A stretch of 64,000 nt of DNA, from contig CAZRVT010000007.1 in the NCBI GenBank assembly GCA_964603505.1, positions 2,320-66,319 on the forward strand. The letters are read 5' to 3'. This document shows positions 8,801 through 17,081 of the stretch, piece by piece. The position numbers were made by a program, and so were the translations under genes. Source of the DNA: an uncultured Holophagales bacterium (lineage in GTDB: Bacteria > Acidobacteriota > Thermoanaerobaculia > UBA2201). A model generated the notes under the pieces. The model was not told the DNA's origin, ran no database searches, and saw only the letters and a list, made by a program, of their open reading frames with translations. Numbering within the stretch: position 1 is the first letter of the stretch; every line of letters starts with the position of its first letter.

Positions 8801-10786
8801 GACGTTCCCGGTGGTCCCGTCGGGCACCGTGAACTGGGCCGTGCGGGTGACGCTGGCCCCGGCGGCCATGTCCCCGTAGGCCACCGGCATGCCGGTGGTC
8901 CAGGTGAGGGTGCCGAGCGAGGCCGAGAGGGTCGCCGCCACCCCGCCGGCCGCGGCCGTCCCCTGGTTCTTCAGGGTCAGCGTGAGGGTGTACACGCCGG
9001 CGGTCTTGGAGAGCGAGGAGGCGGCGCGCAGGACCATGGGCCGGCCGGCGGTGCCGTTGATTTCCACGTTCACGTCGGCCGGGTCGTTGGCGATGGTAGG
9101 GTCGGTGTTGGCCACGTGGAGGCTGATGAAGTCCACCGGGGCGCACGCGCCGGGGCCGGTGGTGCTGTAGCCGTAGCTCTTGGTCGCCGAAGCCCCCTTG
9201 GCGATGGTCCCGGTGAAGGTCTGCGTCTCCGGGGCGATGGTCACGCCGGCGGTCCAGGGGGTGAGCGTGACCCCGAACGAGCCGCTGTAGTCGGCGTTCC
9301 CGGTGTTCGTGTAGGTCACCAGGATGGCCGCGGTCACGTCCTTGGTGATGGAGCGCACCAGGTTCGGGTGCGGAGCGTTGATGTTGACCACGAAGTCGGC
9401 CGTCCAGGGGCCGCCCCCGGTGCCGGTGATGTCCAGGTGGAAGTTGATGGGCCCCGCCGGGGCGTTCCCCGCCACGGTGATGTTGAAGGTTCGGGACACC
9501 GCCGCCCCGCCCCCCGCGAGCGTGCCGTAGGTCTGGGAGGCGGGCGCCTCCACGGTGACGGAGGCGTGCGTCTCGGAAAGCGTCGCCCCCACCCCGCTCA
9601 CATCCACGTTGCCGGTGTTCTTGAGGGTCACGGTGAGGGGGTAGGTGCCCCCGGGGTCCACGGCCGTGGGGGAGAACGACTGGAGCTGGACGTTGGCGAA
9701 GTCGCCGCAGTTCTCGATTTTGTAGGTCTCCTGCACCGTGAAGGCCGAGCGGAAGAAATAAGAGGTCCCGCTTCCGCCCACCGGGCAGGGGACGAGGTCG
9801 AAGTCCTTGGCGCCTCCACACTCGTGCGGCGTGAAGTCGGCCGGAAGGACGGAGTACATGTTGGCGGGGTCGGTGATGTCCACGATCTCGAACCCGCCCG
9901 TTTGCTGACACCCCCCCAGCCCCAGATAGGCGAACCGGTCGTCCACCCACACGTCGATGGCCTCGGTGAAATTGGCCCCCGTGAAGGCGCCGAGCTCCTG
10001 CCCGTTGGGGACCGAATAGACCCGCAGGCCCCACGGCTTCCCGTCGTTCTTGTTCCGTCCGTTGATGTAGAGCCGTCCGTTGTAGAAGCGGGAGCCCCAC
10101 GACTCGATGTTGGTGGAGAACACCTGGGTCGCGCCGTTGGGGAAGGCCGTCACATCGTAGAGCGAAAACCCGTCGGTGAGGGAGTTCACCGCCAGGTAGT
10201 ATTTTCCATTCCAGTAAAAGCAGTCCATCTGGCTCGGGGTGTCCCCAATGCTGTTCCACCAGTCCCACTGCACCGGGATCTTCTCCGTGGTGGAGGACCC
10301 CAGGTCGGTGAAATCGGTGTAATAGATCTTGTTGCCCACGGCGTTCAGGAGGTACCGCGCGTTGTTGATCTTCAGCGAGGCGATGGCCAGGACGGTGTTG
10401 GCCTTGGCATACCCCTTGCGCGCGGGCGATCCCGGGCTCGAGGCCGTCTCATAGGCGATGATGCCGTGGCACTTGGTGGTCAGGAAGATGACGCTGTCGC
10501 CGGGGAACATGGCAGTGTCGTAGGTGCTCTGCTGGCCGTCCCCGCAGGTGTAGATGAAGTTGTCCGTGTTCCCCACCGCCATCGGCTGGTCGCAGGTGCC
10601 GATGTTGAACACCTTGATGAAGTTCGCCCCGTGGATGTAAAGATACGACCCCCGGATGTGGGCCTTCATCGGCGAGTATCCCCCGCTGACCCCCAAGCTG
10701 GAAAGATAGGTCACCTGGCAGTTCTGGGCCAGGAGGGGGGAGACGGCGAGGACGAGGAGGGCGGCGGCGAGGAATTTTTTGGTCAT
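5828..10786 (-). CDS. Large exported surface protein: N-terminal LVIVD-like propeller region, tandem Ig-like modules, C-terminal fourfold beta module
   Basis: Signal peptide MTKKFLAAALLVLAVSPLLA. Repeats of type DxNxxGxxEPGExVxxxVxLxNxG. C-terminal paired modules (IPVVAHAAGAQGTDWKTDL / VPGVAHAAGAAGSNWKTDL; RYRSNVGLVN / FRLNIGIIN). Strong GC3 bias on this strand. Confidence 0.88.
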   Translation of the reverse strand: MTKKFLAAALLVLAVSPLLAQNCQVTYLSSLGVSGGYSPMKAHIRGSYLYIHGANFIKVFNIGTCDQPMAVGNTDNFIYTCGDGQQSTYDTAMFPGDSVIFLTTKCHGIIAYETASSPGSPARKGYAKANTVLAIASLKINNARYLLNAVGNKIYYTDFTDLGSSTTEKIPVQWDWWNSIGDTPSQMDCFYWNGKYYLAVNSLTDGFSLYDVTAFPNGATQVFSTNIESWGSRFYNGRLYINGRNKNDGKPWGLRVYSVPNGQELGAFTGANFTEAIDVWVDDRFAYLGLGGCQQTGGFEIVDITDPANMYSVLPADFTPHECGGAKDFDLVPCPVGGSGTSYFFRSAFTVQETYKIENCGDFANVQLQSFSPTAVDPGGTYPLTVTLKNTGNVDVSGVGATLSETHASVTVEAPASQTYGTLAGGGAAVSRTFNITVAGNAPAGPINFHLDITGTGGGPWTADFVVNINAPHPNLVRSITKDVTAAILVTYTNTGNADYSGSFGVTLTPWTAGVTIAPETQTFTGTIAKGASATKSYGYSTTGPGACAPVDFISLHVANTDPTIANDPADVNVEINGTAGRPMVLRAASSLSKTAGVYTLTLTLKNQGTAAAGGVAATLSASLGTLTWTTGMPVAYGDMAAGASVTRTAQFTVPDGTTGNVTFTAAVASAQGCWAYDFVHSLTDIQFAYKDEKHCAVGVNCGTNLHPDIYEGSSTGPARINFWFKLQNTGTSNATDIPATLLDISNDSDVLITTNTATYTLAAGAEGYNALPFIVELKDTYCSGDDSTCPPLKLRLGIPDYGFQADVQFAVKANQGGGGSACILSYKTGSLQIAADTNSNGKAEPGEHVEFTIEIQNTGTADAPSVSATVSEDANKAQYTNFTAPTQSFGTIAAAQSKRNTTTYKFDLTGDAVTGTYYFPVSITSSCAPSAFTGTIPLTVYNAGGDVTLTYQSYSVDDAAGDNDHILDPGEAVALSVALKNESSTAINGATATLTTSASGVTIAGTSSFSAMAGKIGTAVFAVTLSGSYAGATVPFSIAVAGASVTNPSFTVTVGTSSAPTLSYLGTTVDDLTGDDQWQPGETVDLYVTLQNTGESALNNALATLVFTGASGVTVNSSNAFFTAAAGATATVKFRATLDAAYAAATVPFRITVAGATVSNGDFTVPVGGGSGNALVIPVVAHAAGAQGTDWKTDLQIHNGSSASASYTLKLIKSNAANDIPPEVTFSISPGGNLIFRDVLNNASLPAFMGYSRGSLLLEYTGGVPPAVSSRVYNDQGALGTYGQFVPAIAVDGRTRGTAGNIPSILFGLAKTDRYRSNVGLVNVTAFWNELRITLYDGSGNPVGGTLAYTLAPYNMIQVDDILATAGGGSTLPAFSARVESVSVKDFVAYASIVDNRTGDASFISDQIRSHAESLVPGVAHAAGAAGSNWKTDLSIYNPDAQPVTVQLNYYRYGYDGFAMGIRLNPIPARGTLLLEDVLTIFPGLAAAESGYLVAVPVNAVASQPLVSARTYNYYQDPVKGPSTYGQYIPAADYAGGAGGGGKLIMTGLGSNNAFRLNIGIINADTDGPALVTAQLLNTYGGVLGTHEYYFAYFRMGLQIDNGQLLADLGVSGPFEGATLVLTVGGDNVHAYASLVDNITNDPIYIEPLQP

Positions 10787-10817
10787 GGCGGGTCTCCTAA
10801 CGGGTCCCTTTATAGGG

Positions 10818-10853
10818 AAAAGGCGGACAGCCTTGGTCCCAAGGCTGTCCGCC
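10818..10853 (-). terminator. Intrinsic terminator of the 489-aa surface-protein gene
   Basis: Perfect 15-nt inverted repeat GGCGGACAGCCTTGG..CCAAGGCTGTCCGCC (10822-10853), followed by TTTT on the minus strand. Confidence 0.85.
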
Positions 10854-10876
10854 GGGTTGAACGATGCGCGGAGCGA

Positions 10877-12346
10877 TTAGTGCGTGGGATACGGAGTAAA
10901 CTGTAGGTTGACGGCATCCCACAGCAGGATGCAGCCGTTGAGGTAAGAGCCGGCGGAGAGCCCGACGGTGTAGCGGTCGAGCGCCTGGTACCGGACGTTC
11001 ACCCAAGCCTGGTCGAACGCGTTGTCGAAGCCGGCGCCGGTGTAGTACTGGTCGGTGTCGAAGGCGATGGCGATCCAGCCGGACTCGTCCACGAGCGGCC
11101 AGTCGGGACTCACGACCTCCACCCGCTGGGTCTCGAGGAAGAGCAGGTCGAAGCCGGCCACCGGGGGCGGGGGCGAGGGGCCGCCGCCGGTCTGGGCGGT
11201 GTTCTCCTCCTCGTCGAAGACGATGAGGGCGGGGCGGGGCAGGCCGAGGGTGCCGTCAAACAGGTTGTAGAGAGCGGTGTACGCGGAGCCGAGGCCGCCC
11301 CACACGCAGGGGCCGCCGGGGACATACCAGTGGTCGAAGATCGGGTGGTGGGAGCGCCACACATCCACCATCGTGCCGCCGTCGAAGGCCGCGTTGCCGA
11401 TGTAGCGGAAGGCCCACCACAGCGGGAGCTGCTCGCGGGCGTCGTTGGGCGGGAACACGCCGCTCTCGAACTTGTAATAGAAGGTGTTGATGCCGAGGGT
11501 GGCGAAGTCGGCGGGGGTCATGCCCCAGGTGTGGCCGGCCAGGGTGTTGTCCTCGCCGAAGGCCTCGATGTGGACCAGCGGCATGCCGTCGGAGACCATG
11601 TCGGCGTTGCTGTAGAAGAAGATGTCGCCGAACATCACGTTGCTGTTCTCGAGGATGCCGTGATCCGGGGTGTTGCCGGCGTCGTTATCGGTGTCGATGT
11701 AGTCGGTCTGGAAGTAGCGCAGAGAACCATCCTGCATGCCGCCGTTGCAGGTGATGGTGTTGTCGATGGTGATGTAGCCGACATAGTTGGCGTTCCAGCC
11801 CTCATAGGAGCCGATGGAGAGCTTGCACTGCCAGTCGGCCAGGGTGGCGGCGGAGATGGTGTCGTAGCAGGCGATGTCCATCGCGTAGCCGGTCACGCTG
11901 AAGAGGCCGTCGTTGAGGGTCCAGGCGTTGTCGAAGTACTGGCCGTTGCCGTTGCAGTCGATGTACCGGGTGGTGAACCGGGACGAGGAGGTGGCGCAGC
12001 CGTTGTTCGGCATGTTGCCGTAGACCAGGATCTGGCGCATGGAGAAGGTGACGACGTCATAGCCGGTCAGGTAGATGTTGAAGTCGAAGACGCCCCAGGA
12101 GTCCACGTTCCAAACCACCACGTGGGCCACGATCGGGTCGTCGTCGGCGTTCACGAGGCCGACCAGGGTGTCCAGGCCGGCGGTGTCGCTGGAATCCACC
12201 TCGAAGTAGGGGACCAGGACGGAGGCGGCCGTGTTGTTGCCGAGGTCGCACAGGGAGCCGACATTGATGACCGGCGGATCGGGCGGGGTCTGGGCGATGC
12301 CCATCGCCGCGATCAGAACCATAATGGCGAACCAAACTTTCTTCAT
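10877..12346 (-). CDS. Exported acidic protein, candidate S-layer/major surface protein
   Basis: Signal peptide MKKVWFAIMVLIAAMGIA, motif CDLGNNTAASVLVPYFEVD, Asp/Asn/Gly/aromatic-rich and Lys-poor; AGGAGG RBS; own consensus promoter and terminator. Confidence 0.8.
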   Translation of the reverse strand: MKKVWFAIMVLIAAMGIAQTPPDPPVINVGSLCDLGNNTAASVLVPYFEVDSSDTAGLDTLVGLVNADDDPIVAHVVVWNVDSWGVFDFNIYLTGYDVVTFSMRQILVYGNMPNNGCATSSSRFTTRYIDCNGNGQYFDNAWTLNDGLFSVTGYAMDIACYDTISAATLADWQCKLSIGSYEGWNANYVGYITIDNTITCNGGMQDGSLRYFQTDYIDTDNDAGNTPDHGILENSNVMFGDIFFYSNADMVSDGMPLVHIEAFGEDNTLAGHTWGMTPADFATLGINTFYYKFESGVFPPNDAREQLPLWWAFRYIGNAAFDGGTMVDVWRSHHPIFDHWYVPGGPCVWGGLGSAYTALYNLFDGTLGLPRPALIVFDEEENTAQTGGGPSPPPPVAGFDLLFLETQRVEVVSPDWPLVDESGWIAIAFDTDQYYTGAGFDNAFDQAWVNVRYQALDRYTVGLSAGSYLNGCILLWDAVNLQFTPYPTH

Positions 12347-12488
12347 ACTTCCTCCTAAGATTTTTCCGTTGATTGAACAGTTGTTGCGGATGCGGCTGTG
12401 GTGCTTGCGGTTCGTTCAGAGTCGGATGACCTCGGTCATCACCCCCTTTGTGGAAATTTGGCATAGAACCAGATTCTTGTCACCGAAT

Positions 12489-12517
12489 AGTATATCCCGA
12501 AAATACCCCCTTGTCAA
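12489..12517 (-). promoter_or_regulatory. Near-consensus sigma70 promoter
   Basis: Minus strand TTGACA (12517-12512), 17-nt spacer, TATACT (12494-12489). Implies a leader of about 135 nt containing the hairpin GATGAC-CGAG-GTCATC. Confidence 0.85.
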
Positions 12518-12566
12518 CCCCCTATGCTGAAAAATCATATTTCATCGGCCAATGCCTGGGATTCCA

Positions 12567-13883
12567 TCATTTAGCGTTCACCAGGTAGGCCTGGAGGGTC
12601 CCGCCCGTTTTTTCGGAGCCGTAGGCGACGGCCAGGTCCGGCGTCCCATCGCCGTTGAGGTCGGCCGCCCCCACCCAGGAGGCGCGCCCCTTGACCACCC
12701 ATCCGGCGGCGTCCGCCCGCTCGAAGGCGCTGCCGTCCCGGTTGAGGAGCAGGTGGAGGGCCCCGTCATCAAAGACGGTGGCGATGTCGGGGAACCCGTT
12801 GCCGTCGTAATCCGCCACGGCCATCCCTCGGAACTGCCTCTTGGTGCTCCCTTCGGCGCGCCGGGCCACATCCCGGACCTCCCACCCTGTGGCCTTGTTG
12901 TAGGCCACCATCACCGTGGCGACCACGGTCTTCTCCTTGTTCTGGCGCGCGGAGGCCGAGCGGTCGAAGACGACCCCCGCGTAGGCGAGGTCGAGGCGCC
13001 CGTCCCGGTCGAAATCCCCGCTCCCGACATGATACAGGTAGGCCAGCCACGGCAGAGCGGCGAGGTCCTCCGCGAAGATCCCATCGGGGCGGTTGTAGAA
13101 CAGCACCTGTTTGACGCTGAAGACATGGCAGGCGGTGGCGAAATCGGTCCGGCCGTCCCCGTCGAAGTCCCCCAGGGCCATCGAGTCGCCGAAGGCCTGC
13201 GGGGGCGGGTTGCCGGGGAAGACCGGGAGCCGGGACCACCGTCCGTCCCGCCAGGCCAGGACGACCTGGCGCAGGTTGTTGAGCTGTTGGCGATCGGCGT
13301 AGACCGGGCTTTCGCCGAGGGCGATGAGTTCGGGGCGGCCGTCCCCCGTGAGGTCTGCGAGGCGGACCATCCGGGACGAGAACGCCGCCGCGGGCGGGAT
13401 GCCGTCCGCCCGGTTCTCGAAGACCCCCGGTTCCGTCTGGAAGAGGGCGGCCATGTCCCGCTCGTGGCAGCCCAAGGCGAGGTCCATGAGCCCGTTGCCG
13501 TCGATGTCGGCCACATCCACCCCGCCGTAGCCGAGCGCAAGCGGGGGGAAGCGGGCCTCGGTCCACTCCCGCCACCCCCCCCACCCGTCGCCCAAAAAGA
13601 TGTAGGGCCTCAGCGATTCGTTGCGCGGGGGGGGCGTCACGAGGTCGATGTTCCCGTCCCCGTTCACGTCGGCCAGGCACATGTTCTGCCGCCACAGCGC
13701 CTCGCGGGCGATGCCGTCGAACACCGGCGTCAGCCGCACGGCGCCCCCTGCGGGGGGCTCCAGGAGGACGGTCGTCTGCTTCGCCGCCACGGGCGGCGGA
13801 GCGGGGGCCGGGACCGCCTGCTTTTCGGCGGTCGAACAGGCGGTCAGGGCGAGGATCAGGAGGGGGAAGAGGATTTGACGCAT
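12567..13883 (-). CDS. FG-GAP/VCBS-repeat lipoprotein
   Basis: Start MRQILFPLLILALTAC (lipobox) with AAGGAG RBS; repeated ADVNGDGNIDL, ADIDGNGLMDL, GDFDGDGRTD, ADLNGDGTPDL motifs. Confidence 0.88.
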   Translation of the reverse strand: MRQILFPLLILALTACSTAEKQAVPAPAPPPVAAKQTTVLLEPPAGGAVRLTPVFDGIAREALWRQNMCLADVNGDGNIDLVTPPPRNESLRPYIFLGDGWGGWREWTEARFPPLALGYGGVDVADIDGNGLMDLALGCHERDMAALFQTEPGVFENRADGIPPAAAFSSRMVRLADLTGDGRPELIALGESPVYADRQQLNNLRQVVLAWRDGRWSRLPVFPGNPPPQAFGDSMALGDFDGDGRTDFATACHVFSVKQVLFYNRPDGIFAEDLAALPWLAYLYHVGSGDFDRDGRLDLAYAGVVFDRSASARQNKEKTVVATVMVAYNKATGWEVRDVARRAEGSTKRQFRGMAVADYDGNGFPDIATVFDDGALHLLLNRDGSAFERADAAGWVVKGRASWVGAADLNGDGTPDLAVAYGSEKTGGTLQAYLVNAK

Positions 13884-13916
13884 GGGAACTCCTTGCAATA
13901 CGGTATTTTCGGAACG

Positions 13917-14708
13917 CTACAGGAGGTCCGCGAACTGGGCGCGCCCCCGACTGAAGGCCCAAAGACCCGCCCATGTTACCACAGCCCCCCCCATGAGGAG
14001 GAGGGCCAGATCCGCCGCGGGGGGGGCCTGACCCCTCAGCAGAACGTCCCGGAAGGCCTCCACGAGGCGCGCCGCGGGGTTCCATGCCAGAAGGGTCCGC
14101 AGGCCCTCCTGATGGACGAGCGACAGCGGATAAACGATGGGGGTGCCGTAGAACAGCACCATCAGGCCGTACCCCACCAGCTGGGCGGTGTCCCGAAAGA
14201 ACACCTGGAGGGCCGCGCAGAGGAAGCACGCCCCGGCGACCAGCAGAACCTGGAGGGCCATCAGGGGAACCAGCCAGAGGGCGGTCCACGCCAGGCGCCC
14301 CATCGCCCCCAGCACGGCCAGGAAGACCGCGGCCGCCAGGGCCTGGTGGACGGCGGCCGACACGAGGGTCCCGGCCACCAGGAGGTGGGGGGGGAAGGCC
14401 AGCTTCTTGACCAGCGCGGACTGGTCCACCAGGACGGTGGTGGAGCGCTGGACCATCTCCTGGACCCCCATCCAGGGGAGGAGGCCGGCGAATAGAAACA
14501 GGGGAAAGCTCTCCCCGCCGCCCCGTTCGCCCGCCAGGGAGATCTTGAGGACGGTGGAAAAGACGAAGGTGAAGAGCAGGAGCTGGAGCAGGGGCTGAAG
14601 GAACGCCCACAGGATCCCCAGGGTGCTCCCGACATACCTGGCGCGGAGGTCCCGCTTGGCCAGTTCCCAAACGAGGTGGATATGATTTTTCACCATACGC
14701 CTTGACAT
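13917..14708 (-). CDS. wzm: Polysaccharide/glycan ABC exporter permease (start 14708 or 14696)
   Basis: ELAKRDLRARYVGSTLGILWAFLQPL, FLFAGLLPW, LVKKLAFP, FFRDTAQL, YGTPIVYP, NPAARLVEAFRDVL. Confidence 0.92.
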   Translation of the reverse strand: MSRRMVKNHIHLVWELAKRDLRARYVGSTLGILWAFLQPLLQLLLFTFVFSTVLKISLAGERGGGESFPLFLFAGLLPWMGVQEMVQRSTTVLVDQSALVKKLAFPPHLLVAGTLVSAAVHQALAAAVFLAVLGAMGRLAWTALWLVPLMALQVLLVAGACFLCAALQVFFRDTAQLVGYGLMVLFYGTPIVYPLSLVHQEGLRTLLAWNPAARLVEAFRDVLLRGQAPPAADLALLLMGGAVVTWAGLWAFSRGRAQFADLL

Positions 14709-14730
14709 TGTGCCATAATCTTCCTAAAAT
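14702..14730 (+). promoter_or_regulatory. Sigma70 promoter of the XRE-TPR operon, overlapping the wzm start region
   Basis: TTGACA (14702-14707), 17-nt spacer, TAAAAT (14725-14730). Confidence 0.8.
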
Positions 14731-14751
14731 ATAAAGTGGAGCTCAAGCAGA

Positions 14752-15105
14752 ATGTCCTCCATCCGTCAGGCCAAGCTGGCCGGGCTGAAGATCCGCAGCC
14801 TCCGCAAGAAGCGCCACTTGACACAGGCCGAGTTGGCCAGTAGAATAGGAGTGCAGCAGTCCGACCTCTCCCGCATGGAAAAGGGGGAGTATCGGGTTTC
14901 CTTGGACACCCTGTTCAAGATCCTCCAGACCTTCGAAATGACGATGGCGGAGTTCTTCGACGAGGTGATCCAGGGCGGGGTCTCGGAGAAGGACCAGGAG
15001 ATCCTGAACGAGTTTCACCGTTTGGACTTGGACGATCAGCGGGAAGTGCGGGAATTCATCCAGTTCAAGCGGCAGCAGCAAGAGAAAGGACCGGAGGGGG
15101 AATGA
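14752..15105 (+). CDS. XRE-family helix-turn-helix transcriptional regulator
   Basis: KIRSLRKKRHLTQAELASRIGVQQSDLSRMEKGEYRVSLDTLFKI. Confidence 0.92.
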   Translation: MSSIRQAKLAGLKIRSLRKKRHLTQAELASRIGVQQSDLSRMEKGEYRVSLDTLFKILQTFEMTMAEFFDEVIQGGVSEKDQEILNEFHRLDLDDQREVREFIQFKRQQQEKGPEGE

Positions 15106-15998
15106 ACCTCAGCCAGCGGTACCACTCGTGGCGCAACAAGGGCAAGCGGGCCATCCAGAAGGGGGACTTCGCCCGGGCCGAGGCGTGCTTCCGGGAGTCC
15201 CTGGCCGTCGCCCGCACCCTCGGAGACGCCCGGCTCCAGGACCTCGCGGTCTGCAACCTCTGCGCCGCGCTCATCGAGCAGAACCGGACGGACGAACCCG
15301 AGATCCTTCAGCTCCGCCCCATCTACATGCGCTCTTCCGACCCCAAGACGGTCCGGTTGAGCGCCTACCACCTGGCCCGCGCCCTCGAGCTCCAGCACGA
15401 TTTCTCCAAGGCCCAGTTCTACGCCCGCATCGCCCTGGACCGGAGCCTTCAGCTCCGCCGGGCCGACTACATCGCCTCCTCCCACAACCAGATGGGCAAC
15501 ATCCTCACCTGCCAGAGCTACTTCACCGAGGCGGCCGCCTGCTACCGAAAGGCCCTGGAGGTCCTGCCCCCGGACTATCCCCTCCTCCGGGCCCTCATCA
15601 CCGACAACCTCGGCTATTGTCGCATCGCCAAGGGCGACGCGGCGGAGGGCGTGGCTTTCTGCGAATCCGCCCTCGACATCCTCGAGACCCACGACGCGGC
15701 CCCCGGGTTCCTCGTCTATCCGCACATGGACCTGTGTCTGGGACGCCTGGAACTGGGGCAGCTGGAGCGGGCCGTCGAGCACGGCAAGATGGCCTTGGAG
15801 ATCGCCCGGTTCCAGGGCAACGCCGAACGGACCAAGAACGCGCTCCTTCTCCTGGGCGAGGCCCACGCCAAACTCGGCGACGTGGACGCCGCCCAGGCCT
15901 ACTACGGAGAGCTGGCCACCTATTATCCGGGGGTCCGTATCGCCGCGGACTTCCTGATGGCCTTCGAGCTCCGAAAGGTGGTGAATTTCCGCCTATGA
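15102..15998 (+). CDS. Stand-alone tetratricopeptide-repeat protein (cytoplasmic)
   Basis: Helical TPR-like repeats (GDFARAEACFRESL, IASSHNQMGNIL...FTEAAACYRKALE, ALLLLGEAHAKLGD); ATGA overlap with the XRE gene; no signal peptide. Confidence 0.85.
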   Translation: MNLSQRYHSWRNKGKRAIQKGDFARAEACFRESLAVARTLGDARLQDLAVCNLCAALIEQNRTDEPEILQLRPIYMRSSDPKTVRLSAYHLARALELQHDFSKAQFYARIALDRSLQLRRADYIASSHNQMGNILTCQSYFTEAAACYRKALEVLPPDYPLLRALITDNLGYCRIAKGDAAEGVAFCESALDILETHDAAPGFLVYPHMDLCLGRLELGQLERAVEHGKMALEIARFQGNAERTKNALLLLGEAHAKLGDVDAAQAYYGELATYYPGVRIAADFLMAFELRKVVNFRL

Positions 15999-16981
15999 GA
16001 CGCCTGCTCCTGCTGTTGAGCCTCCTCGCCTTCGCCGCGGCCGGAACGGCGGCCGACAAGGCCCTCGATCGGGACGGGAACCTTTACTGCGTGGTCCCCG
16101 CCACGGTCGACGAGGCGCCCGTGCTGCAGATGCAGATTCTCTTCTCCTCCGGGGTCAAGACCTTCCTGACCGTCCCGGGGAGCGAGGGGCCCGAGGTCGA
16201 ATCCTCGCCCCAGGTCTACCTCTCCAGCAACGCCCGGAACCTGTACATCGCCTACGAACGCTCCGGCCCCGACTCCGGCGGTATCGTCCTCGCGACCTAC
16301 GCCATCGGCGCGGGGTTCGCCGGCTCCGTGACCCTTGCCGATGGGGGGCCGGGGGTCTTCTGCCGCAATCCGCGCCTGATGCAGACCCACGAGGTCCGCG
16401 TCAATGACGACGGCACCAAGACCATCCTGCAGTTCCTTCACCTGCTTTGGTGGGAGACCGGGACCCGCCCCGGGGCCGTCTATTGCAACATCCCCGTCGT
16501 CCTGGGGATCCTCGACCTCGATTACCGAACGGTCATCCGGCTGAACGACCTCACCGACCCCTCGGGCGTGCCGGGCGACCTCTCCGGCATCTCCCCACAA
16601 CTCTACGAGGCCCCGGCCTTCTACGCCCCGCTCGGCAACCGCAACCACCTCTATGTCCTGTTCGCCGACCTCGGGGCGCTCCAGTACCGCGTGCTCGAGT
16701 TCCGGTACTCCCTCGACGGCGACACCCTCCGCGACCGGGCGCACTTCCCCGACATCGGCGTGAGGAACTCCATCGCCCTTCCCACCCTTCTGTCCCCCAC
16801 CCAGTCGGTCTCCGCGGTCATCGGCCTGGACGCCCGGATCGGCCTCTTCTCCATGGAGCCGAACGGCACCCTCTTCGCCCTCTACTGCGACGCTTGGACC
16901 GCGCCGATGTGGCTGCCGCCGGGGTTCAATCCGCTGGAAGTGGGCAACCTCCTCCGTTCTCTGGTGGACGACCTGCAGTAG
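15995..16981 (+). CDS. Exported hypothetical protein
   Basis: ATGA overlap at 15995; signal peptide MRRLLLLLSLLAFAAAGTAA; strong coding bias; terminator follows. Confidence 0.8.
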   Translation: MRRLLLLLSLLAFAAAGTAADKALDRDGNLYCVVPATVDEAPVLQMQILFSSGVKTFLTVPGSEGPEVESSPQVYLSSNARNLYIAYERSGPDSGGIVLATYAIGAGFAGSVTLADGGPGVFCRNPRLMQTHEVRVNDDGTKTILQFLHLLWWETGTRPGAVYCNIPVVLGILDLDYRTVIRLNDLTDPSGVPGDLSGISPQLYEAPAFYAPLGNRNHLYVLFADLGALQYRVLEFRYSLDGDTLRDRAHFPDIGVRNSIALPTLLSPTQSVSAVIGLDARIGLFSMEPNGTLFALYCDAWTAPMWLPPGFNPLEVGNLLRSLVDDLQ

Positions 16982-17006
16982 CGCCCCCCTCCTTTCCGTT
17001 CCTCCG

Positions 17007-17037
17007 CCGCCCCGGCCCCTCCGGCCGGGGCGGTTTG
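17007..17037 (+). terminator. Intrinsic terminator
   Basis: CCGCCCCGGCC-CCTCC-GGCCGGGGCGG followed by TTTG. Confidence 0.7.
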
Positions 17038-17081
17038 TCGTCCGGGCTCAGGCCGGCCGATCTGGTATGCTAATGGCGGAC

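Noticed and set aside
5807-10906. 1699-aa + strand ORF (likewise 254-1903, 1564-3069, 22061-24904, 26162-29482, 30264-34298, 54023-59110)
   Set aside because: Antisense shadows of real minus-strand genes. High GC3 removes stop codons on the opposite strand; the products are G/V/A/R-rich with no motifs.
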